From contig OZ250150.1 of the NCBI GenBank assembly GCA_965237675.1, forward strand, positions 2,080,001 to 2,144,000: a DNA stretch of 64,000 nucleotides, given 5' to 3'. This DNA comes from Candidatus Latescibacterota bacterium (GTDB lineage: Bacteria > Latescibacterota > UBA2968 > GCA-2709665). The notes under the pieces were generated by a model. The model was given only the letters and a program-made list of their open reading frames with translations. It searched no databases and was not told the DNA's origin. This document shows positions 9,683-20,021 of this stretch, piece after piece. Within the stretch, counting starts at the first letter, position 1; each line of letters opens with the position of its first letter. The translations under genes and the position numbers were made by a program.

Positions 9683-12600
9683 TCAAGATTTCTGGGATAC
9701 CCAGGCGCGCCGTTCCCCCACAAACGCGCCGATTTCCGAGATCAACGCCTCAGAGGGCGCCACGGTAAGCGCCCGGGAACGAATCACCTCCGTTTTTCCG
9801 TCGCCCAGTTCAAGGTGCAAATAGAGTGTACACCCGCCACGATGACCTTCCAGCAACGACTTCAGGTGTCCCAGCGGCTCCGCATCCAGCATCTCCGCGG
9901 GAAGCTTTACGTTCAACGCGTCCGCAAGTGTCTCCCTCGCGTGCTCCATCGACAGGACCTGCTCCACCCGCAACGACTGTCGTCCATTGCGTCCGGAGAG
10001 CCTGCCCTGGATCACCACCATCGCATCGGCCACAAACATAGCTTTGACTTTCTCGTACGCATCCGGGAACACGACCAGATCCACGGCGCCATCCAGATCC
10101 TCGATGGTGCCGAACGCCATCGACCGACCGTTTCGGTCGGTATGCGACCTTGTTTCGGAAATCAGCCCACCAAGTTTGACTTCCGCGCCATCCGGCAACG
10201 TACCCACATCCTGCGACGAACGAATGCCGAGCCCGACCAGATCCGTCTGGTACCTGTCCAACGGATGCCCGGAGAGATAAAATCCGAGCATGTCCTTTTC
10301 GTGTGACAGCCTTTCACGTTCCGTCCACTCCGGCTGCTCGGGAAGCACATGGTTGTTGATAACCGCCGTCTGGTCCGCAAGGGCTACCGTGTCAAAAAGC
10401 GAAATCTGACGTCGCTGCCGGGCAGCCTGAGCGGATTGACCCGCGTCTAGAGCCCGGTCGAGGCCCTGGAGATGCTGCGCCCGATGTCCAGTCAGACAAT
10501 CCATGGCTCCGGCGCAGATCAGGCTCTCGATGGCCCGGCGGTTTACCGCGCGCAAATCCACGCGTTCGCAGAAATTGAAGAGGGATTTATAGGGTCCGGC
10601 TGCCTCCCTCGCGGCGACAATGGCCTCGACGGCGCCGCGCCCCACGTTTCGTACCGCCGCCATTCCCATCAGAAGGCACTTTTCCGAAGCCACGAAATCC
10701 ACATAGGAGGTATTCACATCGGGGGGCAGAACCTCCAGTTTCATTCGCCGGCATTCTTCGATTGCGACCACCATCCGCTCAATATTGCCAATCTCGCCGT
10801 TCAGACTGGCCGCCATATATTCCTGAGGGTAATTCGCTTTGAGGTAGCCGTTTCGGTACGCAACGACCGCGTATGCCGCCGCGTGCGCCTTGGGAAACGC
10901 GTATCCTGCGAACACTTCAATATTAGCGAAAATCTTCTGGGCCAGTTTCGGATCCACCCCATGCGTTTCGCACCCGCCTATAAACGCGTCTTTCTGCCGC
11001 GCCATCTCGTCGGGTTTCTTTTTGCCCATCGCATCCCGAAGGATATCGGCCTGGCCGAGTGTGAACCCGGCCAGGACTTGCACACTCTGCATCACCTGCT
11101 CCTGGTACACCATGATGCCGTATGTATCCTTCAGAATGGGCTCCAGCTTCGGATGGTCGTAGACCACCTCTTCCTGCCCGTGTTTGCGTGCGACGAAGTT
11201 CGGGATATGTTGCATCGGCCCCGGGCGGTAGAGCGCGTTCATGGCGATGATGTCCTCAATACAGTCCGGCTTCAACTGCACAAGGTATTCCCGCATCCCC
11301 GGGCTTTCAAACTGAAACACCCCCACGGTATCTCCACGCCCGAACAGATCCAGCGTTTTTCTGTCGTCTTCCGGGATCTTCGTCAGGTCGAACGCCGGCT
11401 CGTTCTTCCTGATCAGATCCACCGTCTCGTCGGCAAGTGAAAGCTCTTTGAGGCCCAGGATGTCCATTTTCAGAAGTCCGATATCCTGGCAGGTCGGGCC
11501 ATCGAACTGAGTGGTCACCTTGCCGTCTTTCGGGGCTTTGTAAAGCGGTACGAAATTCGTCAAATCGTCCGGTGCGATAATCACCGCTGCGGCATGCACC
11601 GACGCGTGCCGCGCCAGCCCCTCCAGGGCCCGGGCATGCCGGATCAACTGCGCCTCGGGGCCGCCGCCGTCGGCCATCTGTCGCAGTTCGGGCACCTGTT
11701 TTATTGCCTTGTCAAGCGTCATCTTCAAATCGTTGGGCACCAGCTTGGCAATCCGGTCGACCTCGCCGTACGACATGTCATGCACGCGGCCAACGTCCCG
11801 GATCACCGCCTTTGCCTTCATTGTACCGAACGTGATAATCTGACAGACATTGTTCTCGCCGTACTTCTCGGTCACGTATTTAATCACCTGGTCGCGTTTT
11901 TTGTCGGAAAAATCGATATCGATGTCCGGCAGGCTCACACGCTCCGGGTTCAGAAATCGCTCGAACAGAAGATTGTACTTCATCGGATCCAGGTCGGTTA
12001 TCCGTAACGAATACGCCGCCAGGCTTCCTGCGCAGGAACCCCGCCCCGGACCTACCGAAATTCCGTGCTCCTTTGCGTAGTTGACGTAATCCCAAACGAT
12101 CAGGAAGTATCCGGAAAATCCCATTCTTACGATCAGGTCCAGTTCGAATTCGAGGCGATTCCGGAACTCCTGCGGCACGGTACCGAACCGTCTTTCCAGA
12201 CCCTGTCGGGCCAGATGTTTGAGGTAGTTGTCGGCCGACTCAAACCCCTCGGGTAACGGAAACTCCGGCGCGAGATAGTTTCCGAAATCGAGTTCTATAT
12301 TGCTTTTTTCCGCAATCTCCAGCGTCCGCTCCACCGCGTGGGGTATATCCGAAAACAGCGTCTGCATCTCGTCCGCGGACTTGAAGTAGACGTCGGTCGG
12401 ATAACACATCCTGCCGGGATCGTTGAGGGTCTTGCCGGTCTGTAACGCCACGAGAACGGCGTGGGCCTCGTGATCGTCAGCTCCTAGAAAATGGGAGTCG
12501 TTCGTCGCCACGAGCGGCACATCCATTTCCCGGTGAATTCGAATCAGGCCGTCGTTGATTCTGGGCTCTCTATCGATGCCATGCCGCTGTATCTCCAGGT

Positions 12601-13117
12601 AATAGTCGTCGCCGAAGATGTCGAGATATTCTTCCACCGCGGACATCGCGGCGGGTACGCCTTCGCGTTCGATCAGATGAGGCACCTCGCCGCTCAGGCA
12701 TCCCGACAGGCAGATCAGGCCGTCCGAGTGTTCCCGCAACAGTTCCTTATCGATTCTGGGATGGTAGTAAAACCCTTCCAAGTAGCCGGCCGAGACCAAC
12801 TTTACCAGGTTGTAATACCCACGGGTATTCTTTGCCAGCAGCACCAGATGGTTCGAACCGCTGGGGACGCCCCGGGCCGGTTTTTTCTCCAACCTGCTCC
12901 CAATCGCGCAATAGACCTCGCATCCGATAATGGGCTTGACGTTTACCTCTTTCATGGCCCGATAAAAATCCATGGCGCCAAAGAGATTGCCGTGGTCGGT
13001 AATGGCCACCGCGGGCATTCCCCATTCGGCGGCTCTTGTAGCCAGACAATCGATCTTGCAGGCGCCGTCCAGCAGACTGTACATGCTGTGGCTATGGAGA
13101 TGCACGAATTCGGCCAT
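9683..13117 (-). CDS. dnaE: DNA polymerase III alpha subunit
   Basis: FVHLHSHSMYSLLDGA PHP start, VGPGRGS, FERFLNPERVSLPDIDIDF, LLKMDILGL, C-terminal OB fold; no intein-sized insert. Confidence 0.98.
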   Translation of the reverse strand: MAEFVHLHSHSMYSLLDGACKIDCLATRAAEWGMPAVAITDHGNLFGAMDFYRAMKEVNVKPIIGCEVYCAIGSRLEKKPARGVPSGSNHLVLLAKNTRGYYNLVKLVSAGYLEGFYYHPRIDKELLREHSDGLICLSGCLSGEVPHLIEREGVPAAMSAVEEYLDIFGDDYYLEIQRHGIDREPRINDGLIRIHREMDVPLVATNDSHFLGADDHEAHAVLVALQTGKTLNDPGRMCYPTDVYFKSADEMQTLFSDIPHAVERTLEIAEKSNIELDFGNYLAPEFPLPEGFESADNYLKHLARQGLERRFGTVPQEFRNRLEFELDLIVRMGFSGYFLIVWDYVNYAKEHGISVGPGRGSCAGSLAAYSLRITDLDPMKYNLLFERFLNPERVSLPDIDIDFSDKKRDQVIKYVTEKYGENNVCQIITFGTMKAKAVIRDVGRVHDMSYGEVDRIAKLVPNDLKMTLDKAIKQVPELRQMADGGGPEAQLIRHARALEGLARHASVHAAAVIIAPDDLTNFVPLYKAPKDGKVTTQFDGPTCQDIGLLKMDILGLKELSLADETVDLIRKNEPAFDLTKIPEDDRKTLDLFGRGDTVGVFQFESPGMREYLVQLKPDCIEDIIAMNALYRPGPMQHIPNFVARKHGQEEVVYDHPKLEPILKDTYGIMVYQEQVMQSVQVLAGFTLGQADILRDAMGKKKPDEMARQKDAFIGGCETHGVDPKLAQKIFANIEVFAGYAFPKAHAAAYAVVAYRNGYLKANYPQEYMAASLNGEIGNIERMVVAIEECRRMKLEVLPPDVNTSYVDFVASEKCLLMGMAAVRNVGRGAVEAIVAAREAAGPYKSLFNFCERVDLRAVNRRAIESLICAGAMDCLTGHRAQHLQGLDRALDAGQSAQAARQRRQISLFDTVALADQTAVINNHVLPEQPEWTERERLSHEKDMLGFYLSGHPLDRYQTDLVGLGIRSSQDVGTLPDGAEVKLGGLISETRSHTDRNGRSMAFGTIEDLDGAVDLVVFPDAYEKVKAMFVADAMVVIQGRLSGRNGRQSLRVEQVLSMEHARETLADALNVKLPAEMLDAEPLGHLKSLLEGHRGGCTLYLHLELGDGKTEVIRSRALTVAPSEALISEIGAFVGERRAWVSQKS

Positions 13118-13270
13118 GGCGAGGCGCTCCGGATGCACAGGTTAGACAGGTTTCGTTCAGGAGAGAACAGCGTTGCTGGGGGAAAGCGGAGAACATTTAA
13201 GGGGGAGGGGGACACTCGATACCCGCGGGCGCCAGTGACGCGGCGGGTACGAATATTCCGAAGTGGTATA

Positions 13271-13299
13271 ATCTTACTTACGGTCCGGCCAAAAGTCAA
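13271..13299 (-). promoter_or_regulatory. Sigma70-type promoter for dnaE
   Basis: Minus strand TTGACT (13299-13294), 17 nt, TAAGAT (13276-13271). Confidence 0.55.
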
Positions 13300-13591
13300 G
13301 AGGGAGATTGACAGGTGGACTGGCCTATGACTCGCGGGTCAACTGCCTGGCGGAATCCCGGCCTGACAACGCTATCCGCGCCGGCCCTGGTGTCCGGCGC
13401 GAGAGGGCGGGCCTCATCCCGCGTCGAAGCATTGACGCGGGCGACGGGTTGCCCTCGCTTCGACGCGCGTGGCACGGCGCTACCGCTCCACAAGGGCGTT
13501 TCCCATTGAACTTTCCGCGCCTTTGCGTTATCTTAACTCATGTCCGGGCAGGGTCGTGACGACTACCGCTCCGGATTCAGGAATCCTCCCA

Positions 13592-14872
13592 ATGGCCAAA
13601 ATCCTGGAAATTAACCCGCTCTGCCACCCAGTCGACGCAGACGTCTCCATACCGGGCTCCAAGTCCTACACAAACCGGGCGTTGCTGATTGCGGCGCTGG
13701 CCGACGGCCGCACCCGGCTTACCGGGGCCCTTGAGAGCGACGACACCCGGTATATGGCCGGGGCGCTCGCCACCCTCGGCGTCGATATACAGGTGGAGAG
13801 CGAAAACACATTCAGCATCGCAGGCGCGGGTGGCCGGATTCCCGTTTCGAGCGCAACACTCTTCGTGGGAAACTCAGGTACCACCTCCCGGTTCCTCACC
13901 GCCTATCTCGGCCTGGGCAGCGGCGCATACACGCTGGACGGCGTCCCCCGAATGAGAGAACGGCCAATCCAGGATCTGATCGACAGCCTTCGTCCTCTTG
14001 GGGTTCGCGCCCGCAGCCTGGCGGGCAACGGCTGTCCTCCGGTTGTCGTCGACGCGTCCGGCCTTGAGGGCGGGCGCACGCACGTTCCGGGAGACCGAAG
14101 CAGCCAGTATCTCACGGCTCTCCTCCTGGTTGCGCCCTATGCGCGAAAGGACGTCGAGATCCGCGTTACCGGCGCCCTGGTATCCAGGCCCTACATCGAC
14201 ATGACCGTTCGCATCATGCGCGACTTCGGCGTCAACGTCGCCGTAGAAGACCGTAACGTCTTCCTGGTGAAAGCAGGGCAACGTTACACGCCTGCCGAAT
14301 ACGCCATCGAACCGGACGCCTCCAACGCCTCGTATTTTTTCGCAGCAGCGGCGCTGACCGGCGGTCGGATCAAGGTCCGCGACCTCTCCCCATATTCCGC
14401 GCAGGGTGACGTTCGTTTCGTGGATATTCTGGGACGTATGGGCTGTGGTGTGAGCAAACGCCCGGACGGTATCGAAGTCCAGGGTCCCAAACGGTTATCG
14501 GGCATCGATATCGACATGAACGCCACGCCGGACGTGGTTCAGACCCTCTGTGCACTCGCCCCGTTCGCCTCGGAGCCGGTCACCATGCGAAATATCGCCA
14601 ATCTGCGCATCAAGGAGACCGACCGCATCGCCGCTGTCGTGTCTGAACTGACCAAACTGGGGGTACGCGTTGACGCACGGCCCGACGCACTGACTGTTCA
14701 TCCCGCTTCGTGCATCCGCCCGGCCGAACTCGATACGTACGACGATCACCGCATGGCCATGAGCCTGGCGTTGATCGGCCTGAAAGCGCCGGGTATCGCC
14801 ATACGGGATCCGGCCTGCGTCAATAAAACCTTTCCCTCGTACTTCAAGTGCCTCGACGCGTTTCGGAGATAG
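13592..14872 (+). CDS. aroA: 3-phosphoshikimate 1-carboxyvinyltransferase (EPSP synthase)
   Basis: IPGSKSYTNRALL, GNSGTTSRF, RMRERPI, SSQYLTALL, LRIKETDRI, DDHRMAM, CVNKTFP. Confidence 0.97.
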   Translation: MAKILEINPLCHPVDADVSIPGSKSYTNRALLIAALADGRTRLTGALESDDTRYMAGALATLGVDIQVESENTFSIAGAGGRIPVSSATLFVGNSGTTSRFLTAYLGLGSGAYTLDGVPRMRERPIQDLIDSLRPLGVRARSLAGNGCPPVVVDASGLEGGRTHVPGDRSSQYLTALLLVAPYARKDVEIRVTGALVSRPYIDMTVRIMRDFGVNVAVEDRNVFLVKAGQRYTPAEYAIEPDASNASYFFAAAALTGGRIKVRDLSPYSAQGDVRFVDILGRMGCGVSKRPDGIEVQGPKRLSGIDIDMNATPDVVQTLCALAPFASEPVTMRNIANLRIKETDRIAAVVSELTKLGVRVDARPDALTVHPASCIRPAELDTYDDHRMAMSLALIGLKAPGIAIRDPACVNKTFPSYFKCLDAFRR

Positions 14873-14899
14873 ATCCTTCACGACGCTCGCATCGCGCCT

Positions 14900-15769
14900 T
14901 TATCGCCGCCCCCGTCTAACGCGGCTCCCTGCTTTCTTCCCGCCGCTACGCCGCGCGCGCTTCCGTTCCATTATCCTCTTCTTCACGGCCTGAAAACGCC
15001 CCGAGTCCTTCCGCAATCCGTTCTTGGGTGGCAATTCCTCTATCTGGGCACGGACGTTGTTGACCCGCTCCCGGCTGGGGGGATGGGTGGAGAACAGGAA
15101 CTCCAGCCGTCCGGGCTCTTTCTTCTGCATCGCCATCAGCTTTTCAAAAAAGGTGGCCGTTCCCTCCGGATCGATCCCCGCCGCGTATGTTGCTTCCACG
15201 GCAAACCGGTCTGCCTCCCGCTCGGCATCCCGACCGTAACTCAACTGTTTCATCCCGATGAAGAGGGCGGCGATCTGCTTCCCTGCCCGACGGCGCGAGG
15301 AAGCGTCCTTTCCGCCCAGCGCCATCTCGAGAACAAAGGCGGCGCCAAGCTGTCTGCTGATTGCCTCCGCGCCGTGTTTGCCATCTACGTGCCCGATTTC
15401 ATGACCGATGACCGCTGCCAGTTCCGACTCGTTCTCCGCCGTTGTAATCAGACCACGGTTCACGTACAGCCAGCCGCCGGGCAACGCGAATGCGTTCACC
15501 TCATCGGTATCCACCACTTTGAAGTAATAGGTCAGATCCGAACGCCGCGAGTGCCGTGCGAGGGTCCGGCCCAGGCTGTTGATGTACGCCGCCACGGCCG
15601 GGTCGTTGTAGAGTCTGAGTTCCCGTTCAACTTGAAGCGCCGCCTCCCGGCCCATCTCGACTTCCTGCTCCGTACTCAATATATTGAACTGGCTCACCGC
15701 CGCGCAGGACACCACCGATCCCAGAAGGCAAGCGGCTACCCACCATCGCAAGCGTGAAATTCTCGACAT
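14900..15769 (-). CDS. M48-family zinc metallopeptidase lipoprotein
   Basis: Lipobox VVSC; VNAFALPGG, ELAAVIGHEIGH (HExxH), EREADR, STHPPSRER. Confidence 0.92.
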   Translation of the reverse strand: MSRISRLRWWVAACLLGSVVSCAAVSQFNILSTEQEVEMGREAALQVERELRLYNDPAVAAYINSLGRTLARHSRRSDLTYYFKVVDTDEVNAFALPGGWLYVNRGLITTAENESELAAVIGHEIGHVDGKHGAEAISRQLGAAFVLEMALGGKDASSRRRAGKQIAALFIGMKQLSYGRDAEREADRFAVEATYAAGIDPEGTATFFEKLMAMQKKEPGRLEFLFSTHPPSRERVNNVRAQIEELPPKNGLRKDSGRFQAVKKRIMERKRARRSGGKKAGSRVRRGRR

Positions 15770-15935
15770 CGGCCGCTTCTCTCCTCCTTGAGGCAGGGCC
15801 CGGCCGGTTGCCAGGTTTCCTGTCATGAACGCCATCGCCAAGCCACCGCCGGTGCGGCGCCGGCATTCGCGCCCGAACCGCTGTTACTTTTGAATGACGG
15901 CGGTCAACCGGACGGGACACCTGAGCAGTTGCCCG

Positions 15936-16841
15936 TCACCTATCGATATGTATCTGCAACGTCCCCCGGCCTCCGTCCACGGTTGCCCTGAGTCCGATGG
16001 GCAGCACGCGCCGTCCGGGACCGTGTCCATAAGGGAGGCCACAGAAAACAGGAGTGGTAACAGTACGGGAAAAATTCCGAAGAACGTCGTCCACCGTGCC
16101 CTCCTCCTCCCGTTCGGGCTCGCAACCCTGGAACTGTCCGAACACCACACCGGCAGCCCGGTCGAATACGCCCGCCATTCGAAGCTGGACCAGCATCCGG
16201 TCCACCCGGTAAGGGGCCTCGTTCACGTCCTCCAGAAAAATCAGTGCATCTCTGGTATCCGGCAGATATCCAGTACCCGCCAGCGAGGCGACCACGGACA
16301 GACAACCTCCCAGAAGACGCCCTTCGGCAAGTTCTCCACGAAGTGAATAGAGGTCGGCAATGGCCTCGAAACGCCCGGCAGTGATCGCACGCCACAACGA
16401 CGCTTCCGTGGCTTCCGGCATGCCCGCCTCCGTCACGTCTCCACAAAGCGTCACGCCCGAGTAACTCACCAACCCCGTCCGGGCGTAAATTCCGAGTTGC
16501 AGGGCGGTCGTATCGCTAAAGCCGACCAGGGCTTTCGGGTCTCTCCGAATGGCGCTATAATCCAGAAGTCCCAGAACCCGGGAAGAACCATATCCACCCC
16601 GGGTCGCAAAGATCGCCCGGACCTCGCGGTCGGCGAACATTGCGTTCAAGTCCGCCGCCCGGACAGGGTCGTCGCCAGCCAGGTACCGATCCCGGTCGTA
16701 CACCGCCGGTCCGACCCGCACCCCGTATCCCAGACCCCGCAGGTACGCCAGACCCGGACACAAACGTTCCCTTTCAAAGGATCCCGAAGGCGATACCACT
16801 CCGATCAGATCGCCCCGTCTAATATATGGTGGAATCACCAA
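15936..16841 (-). CDS. ldcA: LD-carboxypeptidase (peptidase S66)
   Basis: ATRGGYGS, GFSDTTALQ, FLEDVNEAPYRVDRML, PYGHG catalytic triad motifs. Confidence 0.9.
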   Translation of the reverse strand: MVIPPYIRRGDLIGVVSPSGSFERERLCPGLAYLRGLGYGVRVGPAVYDRDRYLAGDDPVRAADLNAMFADREVRAIFATRGGYGSSRVLGLLDYSAIRRDPKALVGFSDTTALQLGIYARTGLVSYSGVTLCGDVTEAGMPEATEASLWRAITAGRFEAIADLYSLRGELAEGRLLGGCLSVVASLAGTGYLPDTRDALIFLEDVNEAPYRVDRMLVQLRMAGVFDRAAGVVFGQFQGCEPEREEEGTVDDVLRNFSRTVTTPVFCGLPYGHGPGRRVLPIGLRATVDGGRGTLQIHIDR

Positions 16842-16925
16842 GAAACCCGTCCCCGTTTCCAGACGGCAAAATGACCCGCCACCGTCGCCCGGACGAAGTC
16901 ACCTGCAGACAACGTTCCCCGAAGA

Positions 16926-18293
16926 TCATGACGCGAACGCATTCAATATACCCGTGGCGAAATCAGTCAGCGTGTCGTCACGCGCTCCCATAATCACCAC
17001 CCGGTCGCCAGGCCGCGCCTCTTCCGAAAACCAGCGCGCAATCGCTTCTCTCTCATGGAAAAACGCCGCGTAAACGCCCCGGCCGGAAATCGCTTCGATC
17101 AAATCTCTGGAGGAGATATCCCGCACCGCCGTCCCGCCGGCATAATAGATTTCCGGCATCGCAAGCAGGTCCCGCCCTTCAAGCCCCGTCGCAAACGCGG
17201 CGATCAGCCCGTCCTTGAGAAACCGGGTGGGCGCGAATCCCGTTGGCTGAAACATCACCAGCAGCCGACCGGGTTGTTCTTTGAGTGTGGAGAGAGACGC
17301 CGCAATCTTGTCCGGATTATGTGCGAAGTCATCGATCACCGTCACGCCGCCGAGCGTCCCCAGTACCTGCAGGCGTCGCCGGATCCCGGCAAAATCCGCC
17401 AGCGCATCCGCCGTTTGAATGATCGGGACGTCCAGCGCCGAACAGGCGGCCACGGCCGCGGCGGCATTCGAAACGTTGTGCCTGCCCGGCACTTTCAGCC
17501 GAAACCCGACCCCATTGACTTCAAACGCCACACCAGCCGCCAGTGGTTGGATCTTCTCGGCGCAGACCTGAGCCCGGTTATTTTCGACGCCAAAACCGAC
17601 GCCCTCCACGCGGAGGGACACGGATGACTCGCAGTCCAGGTTGATTACCGCCGCCCTCCGTGCTTTTTGCGCAAATTCCCGGAACATCCCGCACAGAACG
17701 TCGAGCGGCTTGTGGTCCTCCGAAATATTGGTCAACACCGAAATCGAGGGCTTATACAAAACGATGGTTCCGTCGCTCTCGTCTGCCTCGATCACGGGGA
17801 GGTCCGGGTCGCCGCACATCGCGTTGCTCGAATCCGACGGCGCCGTCGGATTCAGGAGCGCACCTCCGAGAATAACGGTAGGGTTCCGGCCCGTACGCTT
17901 CAGGATATGACCGATCATGCCCGCTACCGTCGTCTTTCCGCTTGTGCCGCCAACGGCGACGCCCTCCGCCCGGTTGAACAGCTCCGCCAGAACCTCCGCG
18001 CGCTTCCGAACCGGAATCTTCCGACGCAACGCGGCGCGCACGTCGGGAATGTCTTTCTCCACCGCTGCGGACACCACCAGTTCGTCCACGGTGTCGTCCA
18101 CACCCGAACCATCCTGGGGGAACAACGTGATGCGCCGCGACCGGAGTTGATCGAAAAGCCCGCGGTTCTGTCCGTTGTCCCAACTGCGGTCGGAACCGCG
18201 CACCGCATGGCCGTGATGCCGCAACACCTGCGCGAGCGCGCTCATCCCGCTCCCGCCGATCCCGCAGAAAAAAACCGTCCTGGCGGCCGCCAC
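16926..18293 (-). CDS. MurC/Mpl-like UDP-MurNAc amino-acid or peptide ligase
   Basis: GIGGSGMSALA, GGTSGKTTV, IEADESDGT, GRHNVSNA, IDDFAHNP. Adjacency to ldcA suggests peptidoglycan recycling; MurC versus Mpl not resolved. Confidence 0.85.
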   Translation of the reverse strand: MAAARTVFFCGIGGSGMSALAQVLRHHGHAVRGSDRSWDNGQNRGLFDQLRSRRITLFPQDGSGVDDTVDELVVSAAVEKDIPDVRAALRRKIPVRKRAEVLAELFNRAEGVAVGGTSGKTTVAGMIGHILKRTGRNPTVILGGALLNPTAPSDSSNAMCGDPDLPVIEADESDGTIVLYKPSISVLTNISEDHKPLDVLCGMFREFAQKARRAAVINLDCESSVSLRVEGVGFGVENNRAQVCAEKIQPLAAGVAFEVNGVGFRLKVPGRHNVSNAAAAVAACSALDVPIIQTADALADFAGIRRRLQVLGTLGGVTVIDDFAHNPDKIAASLSTLKEQPGRLLVMFQPTGFAPTRFLKDGLIAAFATGLEGRDLLAMPEIYYAGGTAVRDISSRDLIEAISGRGVYAAFFHEREAIARWFSEEARPGDRVVIMGARDDTLTDFATGILNAFAS

Positions 18294-18619
18294 ATCCTCT
18301 CCTTTCTCCGTTCATCCGATGCGCACAGGCGAATCTGATTCCATACTACAGACCAATACCCGGTTTGTCAAGCATACAAGAAAATCGACGGAAATCGGAG
18401 ACCCGGGCATCAACCATCTTCGTTCAGCAACGAGCGGGGTCCCGGTAATTCGCCCGCCGCGCGGAAAAAGTCGAGCGTCTCGTACCGGGGCAAGCGCCGC
18501 GAAGCAGCACCGAATCCACTTCCCGGCTCAATTTCACACAGCGTAATATAGCCATACACCGCAAGACGGAAGATAGCCCTTGCGCCCGTCCATGTATGCG
18601 GTTCGCCGGGCTTCTTTCA

Positions 18620-18648
18620 TTGACACACTGCTCCGTGTACAGTATATT
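18620..18648 (+). promoter_or_regulatory. Sigma70-type promoter for the DUF4432 gene
   Basis: TTGACA (18620-18625), 17 nt, TATATT (18643-18648). Confidence 0.6.
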
Positions 18649-18710
18649 CACACCTCTGATTCGGCGGCGTATGCCACATTACAACCTCCTATTATACAAG
18701 GAGTTCCTAC

Positions 18711-19913
18711 ATGGGCGACATGTTTCGATACGTGCTCACCGACGTGGAACGAGCGCTCTGGGCCGAATCCTGGTGTGTGGATGAGGAAACCCTGTCCCTC
18801 GGGACCGGATGTGCGTGGAGCGTTAAAAAAACGACCCTCAATGGCGGCCTCCAGGCGGGCATCGACATCATTGAAGTGGACAACGGCGCCTTCTCCTTCT
18901 CCATTGTACCGACTCGCGGCATGGGGATCTGGAAGGGCGTCTACGGGGATATCCCGATCGGCTGGGAATCGCCGGTCCGCGACCTGGTTCATCCCGCGTA
19001 TGTAGACGCCAATGACAGGGGCGGGCTCGGCTGGCTGAAGGGCTTTAACGAATGGATCGTTCGCTGCGGTCTGGAGAGCAATGGCGCGCCGACGACCGAT
19101 GTGGTGATCGACAACAACGGCAATGAGGCCACGGTTTTCCTCCCGCTTCATGGAAAGATCGCGAATATTCCCGCGCGGCAGGTCGAAGTCCGTATCGACC
19201 TCGCGCCACCACATCGCATCACCGTGATGGGAGTTGTCGACGAAACCATGATGTTCGGCCCGGCGCTGCGGTTGACCACCTTTATCTCCACCGAACCCGG
19301 CGCCAACAGTTTCAACATTTCGGATCGGGTTAGCAACCTCAATCAAAAGCCCGCCGAAATGCAGCTTCTATACCACTGCAACTATGGCTCTCCTTTTCTG
19401 GAAGGTGGAAGCACTCTGGTTGCGCCCTTCAAATCCGTTTCACCGAGAGATACCCGCGCGCAGGAGGGTGCGGACGCCCATAACAGGTTCGGGGCGCCGG
19501 AACCGGGTTTTGTGGAACAGGTCTATTTTTACGAACTGGCAGGAAAGAGGGGCAGCGGGCAGACCGCGGTCCTGCTCAGGAACGCTAAGGGAGACCTGGG
19601 GTCCAGCTTGCACTGTTCGCTCAACCAGTTGCCCTGTTTTACGCTATGGAAAAACACGGCGGCAACCGAAGACGGATACGTCACCGGCCTGGAACCCGCT
19701 ACCAGCTACCCCAACCCCAAGCCGTTCGAGCGCAAACAGGGCCGTGTGACCAGGCTCGACGCCGGCGAGACCCGCCGAATGGACCTTACGGTTGCCGTCC
19801 ACGACAGCAGAAAAAAGGTGCGGAACGTGGAACGGTCTATCAAGCGGATCCAAAAGAACGTAAAATCCAGAGTTTCCCGGACGCCCATCAAGAGGCTTTC
19901 CGGGGCAGGTTAG
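18711..19913 (+). CDS. Aldose 1-epimerase-family protein (DUF4432-like)
   Basis: PTRGMGIW, GWESPV, GLGWLKGFNEWIVRCGL, LHGKIANIPA, LLYHCNYG, GYVTGLEPATSYPN; RBS AAGGAG. Confidence 0.85.
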   Translation: MGDMFRYVLTDVERALWAESWCVDEETLSLGTGCAWSVKKTTLNGGLQAGIDIIEVDNGAFSFSIVPTRGMGIWKGVYGDIPIGWESPVRDLVHPAYVDANDRGGLGWLKGFNEWIVRCGLESNGAPTTDVVIDNNGNEATVFLPLHGKIANIPARQVEVRIDLAPPHRITVMGVVDETMMFGPALRLTTFISTEPGANSFNISDRVSNLNQKPAEMQLLYHCNYGSPFLEGGSTLVAPFKSVSPRDTRAQEGADAHNRFGAPEPGFVEQVYFYELAGKRGSGQTAVLLRNAKGDLGSSLHCSLNQLPCFTLWKNTAATEDGYVTGLEPATSYPNPKPFERKQGRVTRLDAGETRRMDLTVAVHDSRKKVRNVERSIKRIQKNVKSRVSRTPIKRLSGAG

Positions 19914-20021
19914 GGGGTCTCACGCAATCCGAGCGCGAGCATTGGCCACGTTTCCTCATTTGCAATCGGAGCCGAGGGTCTCTGCCGATCGTCCCGTGGA
20001 AACAACGAAAGGATATCATTC

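Noticed and set aside
9683-13117. Intein or split dnaE
   Set aside because: Length (~1144 aa) and motif spacing fit an uninterrupted DnaE.
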